From assembly GCA_001643675.2 (NCBI GenBank), contig LSRY02000032.1:682001-746000 (forward strand): a stretch of 64,000 nt of DNA. The letters are read 5' to 3'. Shown in pieces: positions 1 through 13,997 of the stretch (position 1 is its first letter; each line of letters begins with the position of its first letter). The translations under genes and the position numbers were made by a program. This DNA comes from Monocercomonoides exilis PA203. Lineage: Eukaryota; Protista; Preaxostyla. The notes under the pieces were generated by a model. The model searched no databases, was not told where the DNA came from, and was given only the letters and a program-made list of their open reading frames with translations.

Positions 1-1046
1 CTTTCCTTTTGGTGAATGATTTGTTCTTCAAGTTCTCTTTCTTTCTTTCTTTTCTCTTGCTCTTTTTCACTCACCATCAATTCATCATTATTGTCAAACG
101 TTTTATCAGACGATAAAATTTCCATTTCGCTACTCGAACTGTGGAGCTGTGCATTGATATATTGCTTATCATCGTCAAGACACACACCATCCTCCCTGAA
201 TTCTTGCGTTCCATAAGAGTTAGAATTACTGTTAGTGGGTTCTGTTTCTTGTTCTGTCTGAGAATTGGATTTTATATTGAAAATTATATCGTTCTTTTCG
301 ATTGCCGTCTGAAAATGTTTTGAATTTTCTCTTTCATCTTTTTCTTCTTCTTCTTCTTCCAAAATTGTTTCATCCTTAAAGACATCAAGTTGAGATTTCC
401 CAAAGATCTTGACCGATGTGATGGCTGCATATTTATGCTCTCCATATAAAGATAGCACATCAATTCGTACTATTGTTGCCCATTTTGGCTCTTGAATATT
501 AATTACCTGTGGAGATCTTGTATATTTCAGTGAAGAATTTATTAATTCGATCCAATTTTGTGTTGGATAATCTTTGGCACCAAAAATTCGAATTTGTGAC
601 GGAATTGTTGCAAAATACTCGCAACATTCGATTATTATTGTGTCAATCAGAACTTCGTCACTGAAAAGAAACGACGGCTTATTTTTATTCAAATTTAAAT
701 AACTTTGCAGCAAACCTCAACTCAATAACGACAAAAAAAGGTTGATTCCCACGTGAAAGAAGATATTTATCTTTATCTTCTTTTAATATTGAAGCTGCAT
801 GCTGAACATTTTTAGATGAATCCAATATTCTTCCGCCTGTCGCCGAAGAAGCATAATCAAAATGAGTCTTAAGCTTTTGAGCAATTTTTCCAGATTGCTT
901 CAAGTTTGTTTCGTTTTGTTGCGGAGCTGGAAAAAAGTTATTGAAATTTTCAAATAGAAAAGCGACATACATTTTCGGATTTCTCTGATTACAAAAAATC
1001 CAAAAATAAAGAATGAAAATAAAAGCAATGATGATTTCTTTTTCAT
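1..1046 (-). CDS. Mid-SUN (Sad1/UNC-84-like) domain protein, SLP1/SUCO type; 3' end runs off the window
   Basis: ATG at 1046 gives the hydrophobic leader MKKKSSLLLFSFFIFGFFVI. GT-AG introns 927-970 and 661-715 join it in frame to FDYASSATGGRILDSSKNVQHAASILKEDKDKYLL...FVVIELSDEVLIDTIIIECCEYF...YPTQNW...SLYGEHKYAAITSVKIFG, which matches the mid-SUN signature. Confidence 0.85.
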
Positions 1047-1518
1047 TCACGATTTTTCATCATTAAATGATAATCAAAATAATATAACGGGAAAGTGAAA
1101 TGATGAACAAAACAAAATTTTCAAATTGATAAATAGTTAAAATTTTAGAGAAACGAAAAGTTAATAAAAGTCAAACAAAATTATTAATTTGATGATGGAA
1201 AATCATAAAAATATCTTCTTTTTTATAAAAAATGAAACAAAACGTTTAATTATTTAACGATAATTGATTCGTTATATTGATACTTTACTAATTAATAATC
1301 TTAAAATAAACGTTCTTGATAAATTTGATAATATTGCTTTTTCTTAAATTGAAATACAGCAAAATTTTGTGAATAATTAAGAAATAATTTTAGAAATCAC
1401 AAAAAATTGAAAAGTTATTAATATTCATAAATATAGAACAACGAAAGTTTTTCATTTAAACTCTTATAAATTACTCGATATTCACACTCAAAAATTAAAA
1501 GTTCTCATTCGTGTAAAC

Positions 1519-2608
1519 TCAACTTTGTTTCGTTTCTTCCTTTTCCAAATTCCTAAAACAATAATCAGTGTGAAAATAAAATTTCATGATAAAATAAATA
1601 AACCGCAAGTACACACTCTTTTCTGGTGCTGTCTTCCATCGGGGTTATTTTCGGTAGAAGTGTTTTTTGTAAATATTCTTCTTTTTCTTTGCATTTTTCT
1701 TGCAGTGCGCTGACTTTTGCAATCTGAGTGTCAACGAAATTGATTTTTGTTTGAGCATCTTTTCCTAGATATTTCATCACATATCTGTCATTATTGATGT
1801 AAAAAAATAGTTCGAACATAAAAGCTTTCAATTTATGAAAATATGCACACTCCTCGATAACAGGTTTTTCTGATCCGAAAAGTTTATGAACAACTACGAG
1901 GGCAATTCTCCCAGGTCTTATTAAAAAACACAAATCAGTAAATAATATTATCTTTAGCATTGGCTGAATTGTTTGTAAAAATTGTTCTTCTGACAACAGG
2001 TTTGCATTAACTGTTTCAGGATTAGAAGGCTGTGCAGATGTGGCTGGATCAACAGTTAGTTGCTTGGAAATATATATCTGCATATAAAAATTCAAATTTT
2101 ATAAACAAAAATGAAAATATTAAAGTTTTAGACAAACATTAAGATCTTGCAAAAGTCCTTTGGCTGATCGAAACGGATGCCACAAAACAAGATGAAAAGA
2201 AAGTGCTGAAAGAAGTACAACTTCAGCTTCTGCAATACTTTCTACACTTATGTGAAACACTTTTGAAATATGACGAGCTGGAAAATGAACTTCTTCGGTC
2301 TTTGACGCAAGAAATATACATGAAGCCATGATTGAGAACATATCGTGAAAGTTAAGAGGGGTTGTGAGCATATATCGTTTTAGATATACTATTGCAGTGC
2401 AAATTGTTTGAAAATTTGCTTGAAGCTCTTCACATTTTTTGTATAAATATGATTCAAAGTAAAAGCGCAATAATTCCTCTTCTTCAGCTGTAAGAATAGT
2501 TGATAGCAAAATCTTTTGCCTTTTTTCTAAAAGCGTTAATTCATTAAATGTCCATTGTGTTAGTTGAGTGCTGTTTTGGAAGAAATGAAGCCAATGACTA
2601 TCTTCCAT
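1519..2608 (-). CDS. CCNH: Cyclin H (CAK/TFIIH cyclin)
   Basis: Motifs FQNSTQLTQWTF, LTAEEE, TAIVYLKRY, IMASCIFLASKTEE and E-VLLSALSFHLVLWHPFRS form a cyclin H/C-type cyclin box. ORFs 2120-2608 and 1565-2095 are separated by a short intron. The inferred last exon ends at TGA 1519-1521. Confidence 0.85.
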
Positions 2609-2668
2609 GAATTAATAATGGTAACAGAATAAAACATAAAAACACAAAATTTCAGCCAAAGCGCACAT

Positions 2669-5600
2669 ATGGAAAGCTCTGATACTCATGGTTTGATTTT
2701 ACAATATTTGTTATTAAATATTTGACTCAATAAATTTTATTAGAAGCTGAAGAGTCTTGCAACAGGCAAACAATTGTTATGGATGCTTTATCTATGACTA
2801 GTGAGCGAAATAAAAAAATTTCAACAATTCCAATATGCAAGGATATTTCATTGGTTGATTTGTCCGATAAATGGAAAAATATATCTTCGAATTGTTCGGT
2901 GCCATTTCCATTTGTTTCTTCTATTTTTCATTTGGAAGTGATGAGCACGGCCTTGAAAATAACTTCAGAAGTGTCAGAGCTTTTAACAATAGATGCTATT
3001 GTCAAGAGAGCCATTGATTGGAAGCTGAGCATGCCCGCTCAGGTTTGGTTGTTACAATTAATTTTTAAAAAATGATAATGATTTTTATTTTAAAGATGCT
3101 TTGGATGTGCCTTATTAAGTGCTGTTCCGCACTAATTCATTTTCATTCAAATGGTATATATTTCATTGGGTTATCATCATCAAACGTTCACATGGATGAG
3201 AACGGCAAAGTGGTTATAGGTTTTTATTGCTTGATAAATGTGAAGTTCATTTTATTGTGTTACATAATTAAAACAAAGACGAATGGTGGGTAAACTATTT
3301 TTCTAGGGAGGAAGAAAGCAATTCTCTAGGGTTTTCTATTATTTTTATTTTTATAATTTTTATAAGAAAGAGCATTACAGATGTAAAAGAGATTTGGTTT
3401 TATTGGGTCAAATTCTAAATCAGTGCTTGCCAATAGTTAATGATAAACACACAAGCTTATCATTTGTTGTTAACTCACTCGTTTGCCTTTCATTGCATTT
3501 TAGCTGATTGATGATTTGAATTTTTATATTTATCTTAACTAACCACTTCAATGAACTTTTTGCTTTCATTTTACGTATTTTGTCGAACCTAACTTCAACT
3601 GCAACGCAATTTTTCTCAGTTGTCCGGAAAATATGCGGATTATTGGCAAGTTTTAAAAAGCGAAGAAGTGATGGAAGAAATGTTGACTTATAGGGAAATT
3701 GATCATGATCTTCAGATTGTTCTTAATCAACTGTTTTGTGAGGATCCCAAAGGAGAAAAAATTCTTTTTCAACATAGCCATGATGTTCGAGAAATGGAAA
3801 GTTGCACCACCGTTCAAAACATGAAGGCAAAACTTAAGCAAACACATTTACCTTCTCAATCAAAGAAAATAAAAGAACTGAAAGAACGTCTTGTTAATTT
3901 ACCAAAAAATTACTACTCTGGTACGAATGATACCATATTATATGAAGACAATCAAATGGATGATGCAAGAGAAGAAATTTCAACTTCACCCTTTCATCAA
4001 TCTGGTGAAAATGTTGATTCTAATCAACGGCCTTTGCCAGTACAAAAGAATGCTCAAAATTTCACAACAGAATTTTTAAAAACAACGTTTACGAGAAGGC
4101 TATATGGTATGCAAAGAGTTGTAATCATTCGAAGAAGTTGAGGATGAGAAACTTATTTGAGTTGAGATTATCTTTAAGTTTTTATTAAAGTTTCAGTTAA
4201 AAATGATGTTTATGTAAAATTATTTTTATGTATTTTCATGTGAATCATCTTGTTTACAGCGCAATCTTCAACGTTGCGAAGCTTCAATAGCATGTCTGAC
4301 ACAGGACCTATCCTGAATAAATTGACTCAGCTTATAAGCAAACCACAATCACAACAAAGAAAGAATATAAATCAGAGTACCAATTTGACGAAAGAAATGT
4401 TACAAGCAGAGGAATCAAGCAACGCTGATGAAAAGGAAGCATTTATTACTGTTAATGAAAGAAAAGACATGATATGCTTCAAAAGCAATGTGATAAAATC
4501 TATCGAATCGATCCTTTCGAAGCATTATTTAAATCAAAATGTGACTGGCGAAAAAGAGGATGCCTCAAACAAAAATTCAACGTTGACTTTGTCTTCTTCA
4601 CGTTCTGCTTCATCGCCAGATTATGCAGCTCTATTGCCTGTTGTTAATTTCTTCATTGCCCTTCTCTCAGATAACAGCAACTGCAAACAGATTATCAAGC
4701 AAATGACTTTTGCCATTTCTTTTTTCTGTATGATTTTGCAGCGACACAGCAATGTTCTTCCTGCACCTGTAATTGAGGGAATATTATTTTTACTCCTTAT
4801 CCTTGCAACGCAGTCAGACAGCAGGGGAATATTACTTCTGGCGCAATGTGGAATTCTTGAAGGGTGCTTGACGGTGATGGCGATGATGAGATACCGGTAC
4901 AACGAGAAATGTGCCGCAATTATATTGGTTTTGATCAGGAAAAGGCAGAAGGATTGGATAAAAGAAAGAGTTTTGAGTATTCTTGACAGCGATGCTAAAG
5001 AGCAAAAAGCGAGAAAAGCACAATGGGAGACCAAACATCGCAATCGAATTGATGCAATCCATGAGCTTCTCAAAAACAGCGAAGATTTGTTTTGTTTTGA
5101 AAATAGTATAAATCGCATTGATGAAGTCGAACTGTTTGAAAAGGAGGTGGACGAAGAGGATACAAGAGAGGCAGCAAGAAAGGAAATAGAAAAGAGCGTT
5201 ATTCTCAATACTGTCGAGGTTAAAGATGGCCATCATTTTCAGTTTATTTCTGATTATTATTATGAAAGCAAAGTGGATCTGCGGACAACAAAGACAGAGA
5301 ATATCTTGCAACCTCTTATCAGTGCATTCCATCCCTGCAATTCTCCTTTGCTTTCTGGAGCAGATATTTTGTCTGCAACCGCAGTTGCTCCTGCCTGGAT
5401 GCCCGAAAGCGGATTGGTCCTCTCCTCTTTCTCTGGAAAGGAACCCCAATCTTTGCTGGCAAAAATATTTGCTTCACTTGCAATGCTGCTGCTCAACGAA
5501 GGGAAAGTTCTGAATGATGCTACCCTGAAAATGATGCAAGTGGCAAAGACAATATTCCGCAGTACGTTGCGAATACCAGCTTTTAAAGGAATTGAAACTA

Positions 5601-8600
5601 TAATCGGAGAAGTGTTTTCGAAGATTGGAAAAGTTAAAGGTGTGTATGACATGAATTGAGTTAGACTGAATTTGGAGCATTGCTTAATAAATGTAAAATA
5701 TATTAAATTCATTTTTATTTTATTTTATTTTATTTTTGTTAATTATCATAATATTTGAATGATTATTGTTCTTTGATTTATTTTATATGTAAATGATACT
5801 GGCATTTGGCGATATATAACTTGCATAAAAATGTTTATTCAAATGTTGCATTTTCCTTTCTGTTCATATCTTTGCAGAAAATTGGGCAATTTGCTTTGGT
5901 GAAAACGGAGAACATGCGCTCAATGAATTGAAGTGTGTTTCTTGAGTGAGTTGAAATACTTGGCTTTTATTTATATATTTATCAGTAATATTCATTTTTT
6001 ATATTGAAAAAGATCTTATAATGTGTTTATAATATATTTCATAACCTCACTTTGTGCTTTTCTTGAATGTCTTTCTGCTTATAAAGATTTAATTCACACA
6101 ACCATGTGTTTGAGATTCTCCTTCATTTGAGCTATTTTGATCCGCGAAACAATCCTGAATTTGCATCACTGCTTGTTCATCGTGGTAACATGATTTCAAT
6201 AATTTTGGCTATTATCAAGCGATCGCTGGATCTTCTCTACAAAAATGTCAAAGCGGATGAAGCAATCCATGAAAGACTTCAAAAGCAATTGGAAAAAAAT
6301 GAAAGTGATCTTTCTTTATATTCAACACCAGATCTCTCGAATCACTGCTTATTTAACACTAATTCTAATGCATTTTCAATTATACCTCAAACAATTCGTT
6401 ATCAGATAATTGGAAGATCACGCTATTTCAATTACATTTGTTCCTCTAAACGTCGTAGTGCAGCTGATGCTCAACTTTTGAAGTGTTCAACAAATTCGAA
6501 TAGTTCATTCCCAAAAGTCTCTTCATTGGATTGCTCGGAAGATGAGTGCATTTCCTTGATAAATACTTTTGCAAAGCGGAATCCAGAAGACAAACTCACT
6601 TACGTGATAATGGAACTGCGATTTGCGCTTTCTGTACTGTATTTGTACTGCCGTAACGAAAAAGATGTCATCAGCAGCCTTATTGATAAAAATGGCATCC
6701 AAATTCTACTTGATGTGAAATATACAGCAATGCTGCACTTGAAAAGTCTTGAATATGTATCGAAGGATTTTCATCGTTATGTGGGAAAGGTTTGAAATAT
6801 TGATCGATATTTATTGTATTTCTTTTGTAATATTTTTTCCTTCTTTTTTTGATTCTCCTGTTGATAATGTGATTCATTCACAAAAACTATAAAATTAGGG
6901 TGATATCGTATCGATGAATAAATTAGCAACTGACTTAAGAGAAGATAGAATTGAATGGAGCATCATTGAATCCTTCTTGGATTCTGTGTTTAATGCACTT
7001 TCACTTTCAAATGTTAATGAAGCATGCCTTCATGTTCTTCATCTAATCCCTTATTGCTTTTCGAACATGACTCATCCTTATTTACTGCCAGAGACTTATG
7101 TTCATAAAGAAATGGCCAGCGTATTTAACATTGTCTCTCGCCCACAGTTTTTTTCTTTCTGGCATTTTTCTCCTTCTTATACTTCATTGCAACGTTCTGG
7201 TTCTGCACATTTGTTAAGTATGCAGAATATGCATTTTGCTTTATTATCATCCTTTGCATCAGACAATCGACCTCCTCCAGTCCACATTTTGTACTGCTAC
7301 TTACAGGATCCAACTGTGCGTACATCTCTTTTAAGTTCTTTTGCTTCTTCAATTATTTCGTTTTACGAAAAAATGATGAGCTCAAATGACCGTTTGCGTA
7401 TGATCATACCTTCTTCAACAACTGCATCTTCATCTTCCTTTGCAGGAACGAATGCTACACATTTTCCTTGGTATTTTAACTATCCTTATGCTTTCCTCTA
7501 CTCACTGCCTCACAGCTCAATATTCACAAATGAATTACTTTCGATTCTATCGCTTGTATTCTTATCAATGAATCAATCTCTATTGGATGTCATTACTCCT
7601 CCTATAAACATGTACATTTTCCCTTCACTGTTATATCAACTAGCAGCTGAAAACTTTGATGAAAATGTATTACTAACTGCCATAAATGTTCTTTGTTTTC
7701 ACCCTGACAATCTTGCCCATTTGATGCAGATAAATGGACTCAAATGTGTAATGAGATTTATTTCTGTGCCGCACAGACTGTCATGGATTATGAGAGACAA
7801 ATACAGAATGCAAAGGTATTCTTTTGTTCCATCAACAGATTGCACTCGCAAACTGCCAAATGAAACTGAATCACCTCTAACTCCTTTTGGAAACAAAGTG
7901 ATACTCCCACTATTTCCTTATTTGCTGAAAGAAACTCCTGCACTCGCTCTCTTTTCGAGTTTTGTTCATTTGATCTACATTCATTCTGATAGACACATTC
8001 AGTCACTTCTTCGTAAAAGCCCTCCATCTCTCTTTGTGGGAGGTTCGTTTATGTCTGAAGGTCCATCGATTACTTTTGAAGATGCTGGGTATGGTGAAGA
8101 TTCCAATGAAGATGATGAGAGTTTTGATGATACTCAAACATATCCACAAGATACCCAAGAAACAGATTTGGATGCTAATGAAGAAGGACATTCTTGTTCA
8201 GAAACATCAGAGATGTCATCCAAAGATAGCATAAAATCACAACATTTGCAACAAAACAACAGTTATATGGAAACAGAATTGTTAGACAATGGTGTCAATC
8301 CTCTGATGTATCGCTTTGTGTCGGACTGTGTAAGTAATGAACGAATCGAAGGATTGGAGAATTGGATAATGTGGATTGCGTACAAGAATGGTTATGTTTC
8401 AAAGGATTGCTTTGATGAGTTGCAAGAGAATTACAACTGCAATAAGACTAAAAAAACTTCCTGTGAATCAATAAAAGAGGAAATGAAGGCGAATTCAACT
8501 GATGAATCAACGAAAAACACTACAAGCGATAAATATATATTTGATTATGAGGATCCTGTCGATACAAAAGATTTCGAGTTTCTTGCATTTTCAATTCCAA

Positions 8601-9133
8601 TGGTTTGTCAAAGTTCTCCGGTTGATATGGAAATCGCACTTTGCTTTATTCAACGATATCGTTGCAAGAAAGATGATGATGATTTGGATTATCCGTTGAT
8701 TTCATTGTGGAACCAATCGTACTGGTTTGCAGGTCATTGCATGGTTAATGAAGGAAACATGGCACCAATCTATGATAATCGCGTCTATGTTCTTCATATT
8801 CCTCCTTCAACAACAGAGAAAAATGTGTACTCGGCCTTTAAGGGGTTTTCGGTTGTCAACGTTGCAGTTTATCAACGTGATTGGCAATTTCCTATTCGCC
8901 AATGTGTGGAACAATCATACAATAGACTGCTTTTGCTGTTAAAAGACGAAGATAGAAAATTGTTCAATGAGAAAGCTAACTGTGATAATTTGCGCACAAA
9001 CTGTTCATTTGCATGGGTCGAATTTGAAACAGATGAAGAATGCAACAGAGCACTTTGTGAGTTAAATGATGTTGTGATAAACTCAGTCCATTGTGAGCTG
9101 AGTAAAACATGTGACAGATGGAGAATAACTTGA
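2669..9133 (+). CDS. Large multi-exon protein: N-terminal degenerate kinase-like (pseudokinase) domain, long helical region, C-terminal RRM
   Basis: ORFs 2779, 3072, 3620, 4250, 6106 and 6914 appear to be exons of one gene. In-frame GT-AG joins were checked for most junctions (e.g. TAT G|GTATGC...ACAG|CG CAA; GGA AAG|GTTTGA...TTAG|GGT GAT); the small exons at 3040-3620 were not fully resolved. The kinase-like segment is LIHFHSNGIYFIGLSSSNVHMDENGKVVI...RDLVLLGQILNQCL. RRM motifs are RVYVLHIPP (RNP2) and SFAWVEFET (RNP1). Confidence 0.6.
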
Positions 9134-9652
9134 ACTGTGTAATACATCTTGTACTTTATTCAAATATACTTATCTGATTTATTTATAGTCAATTGGTGCA
9201 AAAATAAAGATTCGAAAATTATTATTTTGCAACATAACAACAATTATAAGCCATTGTTTTGACTCTGTGAAGATTTTCGAGAAAAATGCTTAGCTGCAAT
9301 TGATTCTATATGCTCTGCAGATTGTTAATCCATATTCAACAATATTTTGCAATGACAAAACAGTATTTATTCGAAATAAGTGCTTGCATACAGACTTTTA
9401 ACTGTAATTTTTTGGGATAATGTTTGTTTCAGCAATAATTTTTGATTGTTTTTTTGACAAAAAGAATGGTTCTAACATTAGTGTTTTCAAACCTGTTTGA
9501 TTTTATAAATGAGGTGAACATTTTTTTTTTCGATGAAGTGAAATTTAAACTTTTTAAAAGGAAATGAAAATTGTTTCTTCTGAGCATGAAAGAAAGAGAT
9601 AGAGAGGGAGAGAGAGTGAGAGAAAGAGTAATTGAATAAATCTCCCGCTTCT

Positions 9653-12317
9653 CTACAGACCAAAGAAATCGCGAATTGGCTTAACGGTAGGCAGCTTGCG
9701 GGCGGGCGGAGGATAGCTTTGGCGAACTCCAGATGAGTAAGAGCGCGAAGAAGAGTAAGGTGAAACATAGCGGGAATCGGATGGCCTTTGAGAAGATGGG
9801 CTGGGAGATGTTGAATAAGATGATAAGCCTGTGAACATTTGAGGTGTTGTAATTGATGACGATGACGATGTCAAAGAAGATGACGAAGATGTGGAAGGAG
9901 ATGAAGAAGGAACAGAAGAGGCTTGATGAGATGCCACTTGGGTGTGAACGAGATAGACAGAGCCATTTTCTGTCAGTTCTTTCTCCTTTGATTTTTCATT
10001 CGCCATCATGTCTCTTCTCCGAAAAAACTTCTTTTCTGGAACACGAATGTGCAGGTCAACATCATTTGAGTCATCTTTTTCTCCTTCGTTCTCGCCATTG
10101 CTTTCATCTTTTTCATTCTCTTTTTCTTTTTCTTCCTTTTCGTCTTGTTCAGATTCGTCGTCTTCTTCAATGGTCTCTCCCATTTTCGCAAGAAGTTCTT
10201 TGAGCCCTTCCTCTTTCTTCAGCTTTTCTTTCCTTTTCTGCTCCTTCAGCTCCTCTTCTCTTCTTTTCTCTTCCTCTATTTGTTCTTTCAAAAGGAGTGC
10301 TTTCTCCCTCTCTCTTTCTTCTTCTTCTTTCTTTTTCTTCTTTTCCTTCTTTGATGTCATCGCAATTGGATTACCGTTTTGATCGAGCGTGTACTCTTCT
10401 AACTCGAAAAAATGGCGTCCGTATTGTTTGCCTTTCTTTTTCCCTTCTCCTTTCTCCTCTTTCTCCTCGTCACTGCTTTCCTTTTCGTAGTTGCTGTCTT
10501 TCAAGTTGTCTGCTGAATCATCATCATCATCTTCTTCTTCTTCTTCTTCTTCTGAATGAGACAAAACATCTCCCCATTCATCCTCAATTTCTGTATCACT
10601 AAGTTCCTTTTCCTCATCCATATTTTCTTTAACTTCGTCTTTTTTGGCTTTTTCATTTGAGTCAAGCTTGTTTTTTGTCTTGTCTTTGCCTTCTTCATTG
10701 TCAGCACTTCCACTTTTATCTTTCTCAATTGATTGATTTTCATCATTCTCCTTTCCATCCTCGTCTTCTTCCTTCTCATCTTCCTCTTCCTTCTCATCAT
10801 CATCAACATTATCTTCATCTTCACTGCTGATATCACCTTCTTCTTCCTTCACAGGCCTTTTCTTTTTATTTAACTCAGCCAGCATTTGTCTTTTCTTTGT
10901 TTTTGCTTCCAGTTTTGCGTCTTTCTTCTCCTTTTCTTTGATTGCCTCTTCAATTCGAAGCTTTCTTCTTTCTTCTCTTCTCTTTTTCTTCTCAGAAACT
11001 TTGTCTGCTCGCTCTGCTTTTTTAGCCATTTTCTGTTTTAATTTCAACGCTTCTTCTTTCTCCTTCTGCTTCTTTTCTCTTTCCTTTTCCTTTTTCAACT
11101 GAAGAAGATATTCCCTGTGCTTTTTAGCAATCTCCACTTCCCATTCGTCTTGAACAAGGCGGTAAAGCGCCATCGCTGCTTGCGCATCCACAACCTAATT
11201 ATCATTGCAATACATTCAAGATATGAAATTATCCGCAAAAATGTTTATTTTTTAGATCATTCAAAAAAAAAGATTATTTAAAACCGCAATGAGTCAAAGC
11301 ATGAGCAGAAAAAATAAAACAGTGCCTCTCAATCATTTTCTCATTTCTTTCATAAAAACAGACATCAATTTCGAATTTATTGAAAAATTTCTCGTTTTTA
11401 TCTCAAATCCTATTGAAGCATACTGAACTATGTTCACCTTCCTGGATTTCAAGTCCCAATATACGTTGGGTCATTGATTTTAAACCTTCTCTGTGCCTGT
11501 GATCTGGAACAGGATACTTCCCCTTTTTAGCTTTTTGTTGAGTTCGTGTTTTTGATTGAGAACTATCCTCGTCCATCGCTTCATCAGGCTTTTCCATCAA
11601 AAATGGGCATAAACTAACATCACGCCATAAATGACGTGGATGAACAATATCCATAACATTTAAATCTTTGTGAAGTGTATGTCCAATAAGGGTCTTTCCT
11701 CGTAGAATTGTTATAACACGATTTCTGATGGAATTAAATGAAGGAGCTTAATAAAATAAGATTTAAAGAAAATGAGAAATTTTTCAGAGTTAAAAATCAT
11801 TGAGACAAACCGCCCACAAGATCTTCTGGACGAATGCCACTAACTTCTGTTCTATAATCAACAATCGGTACATCAACTTGAACAAAAGTATCTATAATTG
11901 TGTGCCCATAGTAATTGACAATGCTACATCTAGCAAGAGCATCGTTCACTCCATGGCTGTCAACTCCAACCATTTCGCAATCAATCGATAAACATGGAGT
12001 TATTTTTGTCCTGAGAAAAGCATAAACATTATTCTTTAAAAAAGATAATTGTAATAAAAAGCAAACGTTCCTGGAATAAGAAGTTGTGCTTTTGGGATAG
12101 GCCTTCCAACTTCTGCTAAAATTTTCAGCATTTCTAATGTTTCTTTATCTGTTTTCTTTGTTGAGACCATTTTTTTAACTATTTCAGTTTTCTTCTTTTC
12201 AATGAACTAATAAACAAATAAATAGAAATATGAAAAGATGGCTTTGAATTTTTCACATACATTCTTCCTCTTCTCCCAGTTAGGTGAAGCTTTTATTTCC
12301 TTTTTTTCACCTTCCAT
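9653..12317 (-). CDS. REX4: RNA exonuclease 4 (DEDDh family) with long charged C-terminal tail
   Basis: Spliced exons give CLSIDCEMVGVD...ALARCSIVNYYG...VDYRTEVSGIRPEDL...TLIGHTLHKDL...LWRDVS...GLKSMTQRILGLEIQEGEHSS...DAQAAMALY, the REXO4/Rex4 signature. The last exon is the 512-aa K/E/D-rich ORF 9653-11191. Confidence 0.9.
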
Positions 12318-12436
12318 TAAAAAATGTCAAAAACAATGGGAAATAAGCCCTTAACATTTATTTCACTATTAAATTTTTTTATTGAAATGGAGATGGTGGA
12401 ATTATAAAAACAATATTATAAATTTAAACATAAACA

Positions 12437-13666
12437 TTAAGAATGTTGAGGAGGTGAAGGAGTCATTAATGCAAATGCTTTACTCGTAGATGGAGGAGGA
12501 CTATAAAATGATGTTGGTTTAGTATCAGCAGAAAGTGATTCAAGAGATGGAGATGGATTCGGTGTTGAAAGAGATTGAATTGATGATGGAATGCATGTTG
12601 GAGAAAATATCGTTGGAGAAGAAAGACAAGAAAAGGAAGATGGAACAAGGCATCTTTGTGAAGGGATTGGTTCGACAAGCATCTTTCGAACACGAAATGC
12701 ACTTTTTATTGGAAAAAGTTGGAAAAAAATAAAGAAATTAATTATAAAAATCCAAATTGTTATTAAAAGAAAGATAAATCAAAACGGATAAAGAAAAAGC
12801 ACGAACCCTGTTCTCCTTCGATATTTTGGTTTTTCTTCATTTACATCTGCTTTATCTTCGCTTCTCTCCAAATCAATATCTAAATCTGATGATGTTGAAG
12901 ATGTTCTCTCCTCTGAATTTCCTCTTGTTCTTTTTGCTCGCTTGTGTGGCCTCTTTTTATCATACATCATGCATTCTTTTTGGAATCTTGCATCAAACAT
13001 TGAAACATGGACTGCTTCGGGAACGAAAAATGGCTACAAGTTTGCGTTAATATTGTTAATTGTTTTCATTTCAATAAAAACAGTTACAAACAGTAAATTT
13101 TCTATATTGACAGAAAAAATCGTGATAGCCTCCTTGTAAAACAAACACTTGAGGATAATACAATGATGGATAAACATTCATAGAGCGATCTGCCGTTCGC
13201 AGAATTGTAGCCATAAGTGGTCCTTCGTTCAACAAAAATGCAACAATTGAAAGAATTGGTAAAAAAATGTGAATAACAAAAAAATTCAGAAAACTACGGA
13301 GAACCTCGTTGCCTTGAAAATTCGCAATGAAAAATAAGAATAGTTTTATCACCATTCTTTGAAGGATGTTCCAAGAACACTTCTTCAAGTTGATCTTCAC
13401 GATAGATATTTATTGCATTCACAATATGGCCTGCGTCGTACTCATATGGGAATCTACAATCTATAATAAGATAATTGTACTCTGAATATTCTCCGAGTAG
13501 CACAGAAATAAGCTGAATTTACAAATTCAAATTCAAATTTTTCATTTTTAAATAGTTCAATGCAAATTTCAATTGTCGTTTGTCATACTGTCTCAGAAGT
13601 TATGAACCAAACACTTTCATCTGCAAATGAGGGAAGTTTCGGAGCATACTGTGATTCGGGGTCCAT
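12437..13666 (-). CDS. CDC25: Cdc25 M-phase inducer phosphatase (rhodanese fold)
   Basis: YLIIDCRFPYEYDAGHIVNAINI, catalytic HCEFSRQRGP (CX5R, joined across an intron) and YPSLYYPQVFVLQGGY. ATG at 13666. The 3' exon structure is approximate. Confidence 0.9.
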
Positions 13667-13997
13667 GAGAATGAAATGAAAAATTAAAATTTGTTGACGA
13701 TAAAAATTTAAGGGTTCGTTTAAAATTTTTTTGTTAGAAAGAAACATTCGCAGATAATTGTTGATATGATGTTGAATCTGATTGAAATGATTTGGATAAG
13801 ATGCTGACTTTTTTTCGCTTTCAAAAATTTGTAAATTTTTTCTAAATACAGCAAAAATAATCTATTGAAATAATTTTTCTATTTTTAAAGTCGATAAAAT
13901 TCAAAAAAATTTTTTTAGAAATTAATTAAAATAAAAATACATTAATTTTCAAAAAAATAAATAAATAAAAATAAAAATGCTTAATCGCTTTGTTCTT

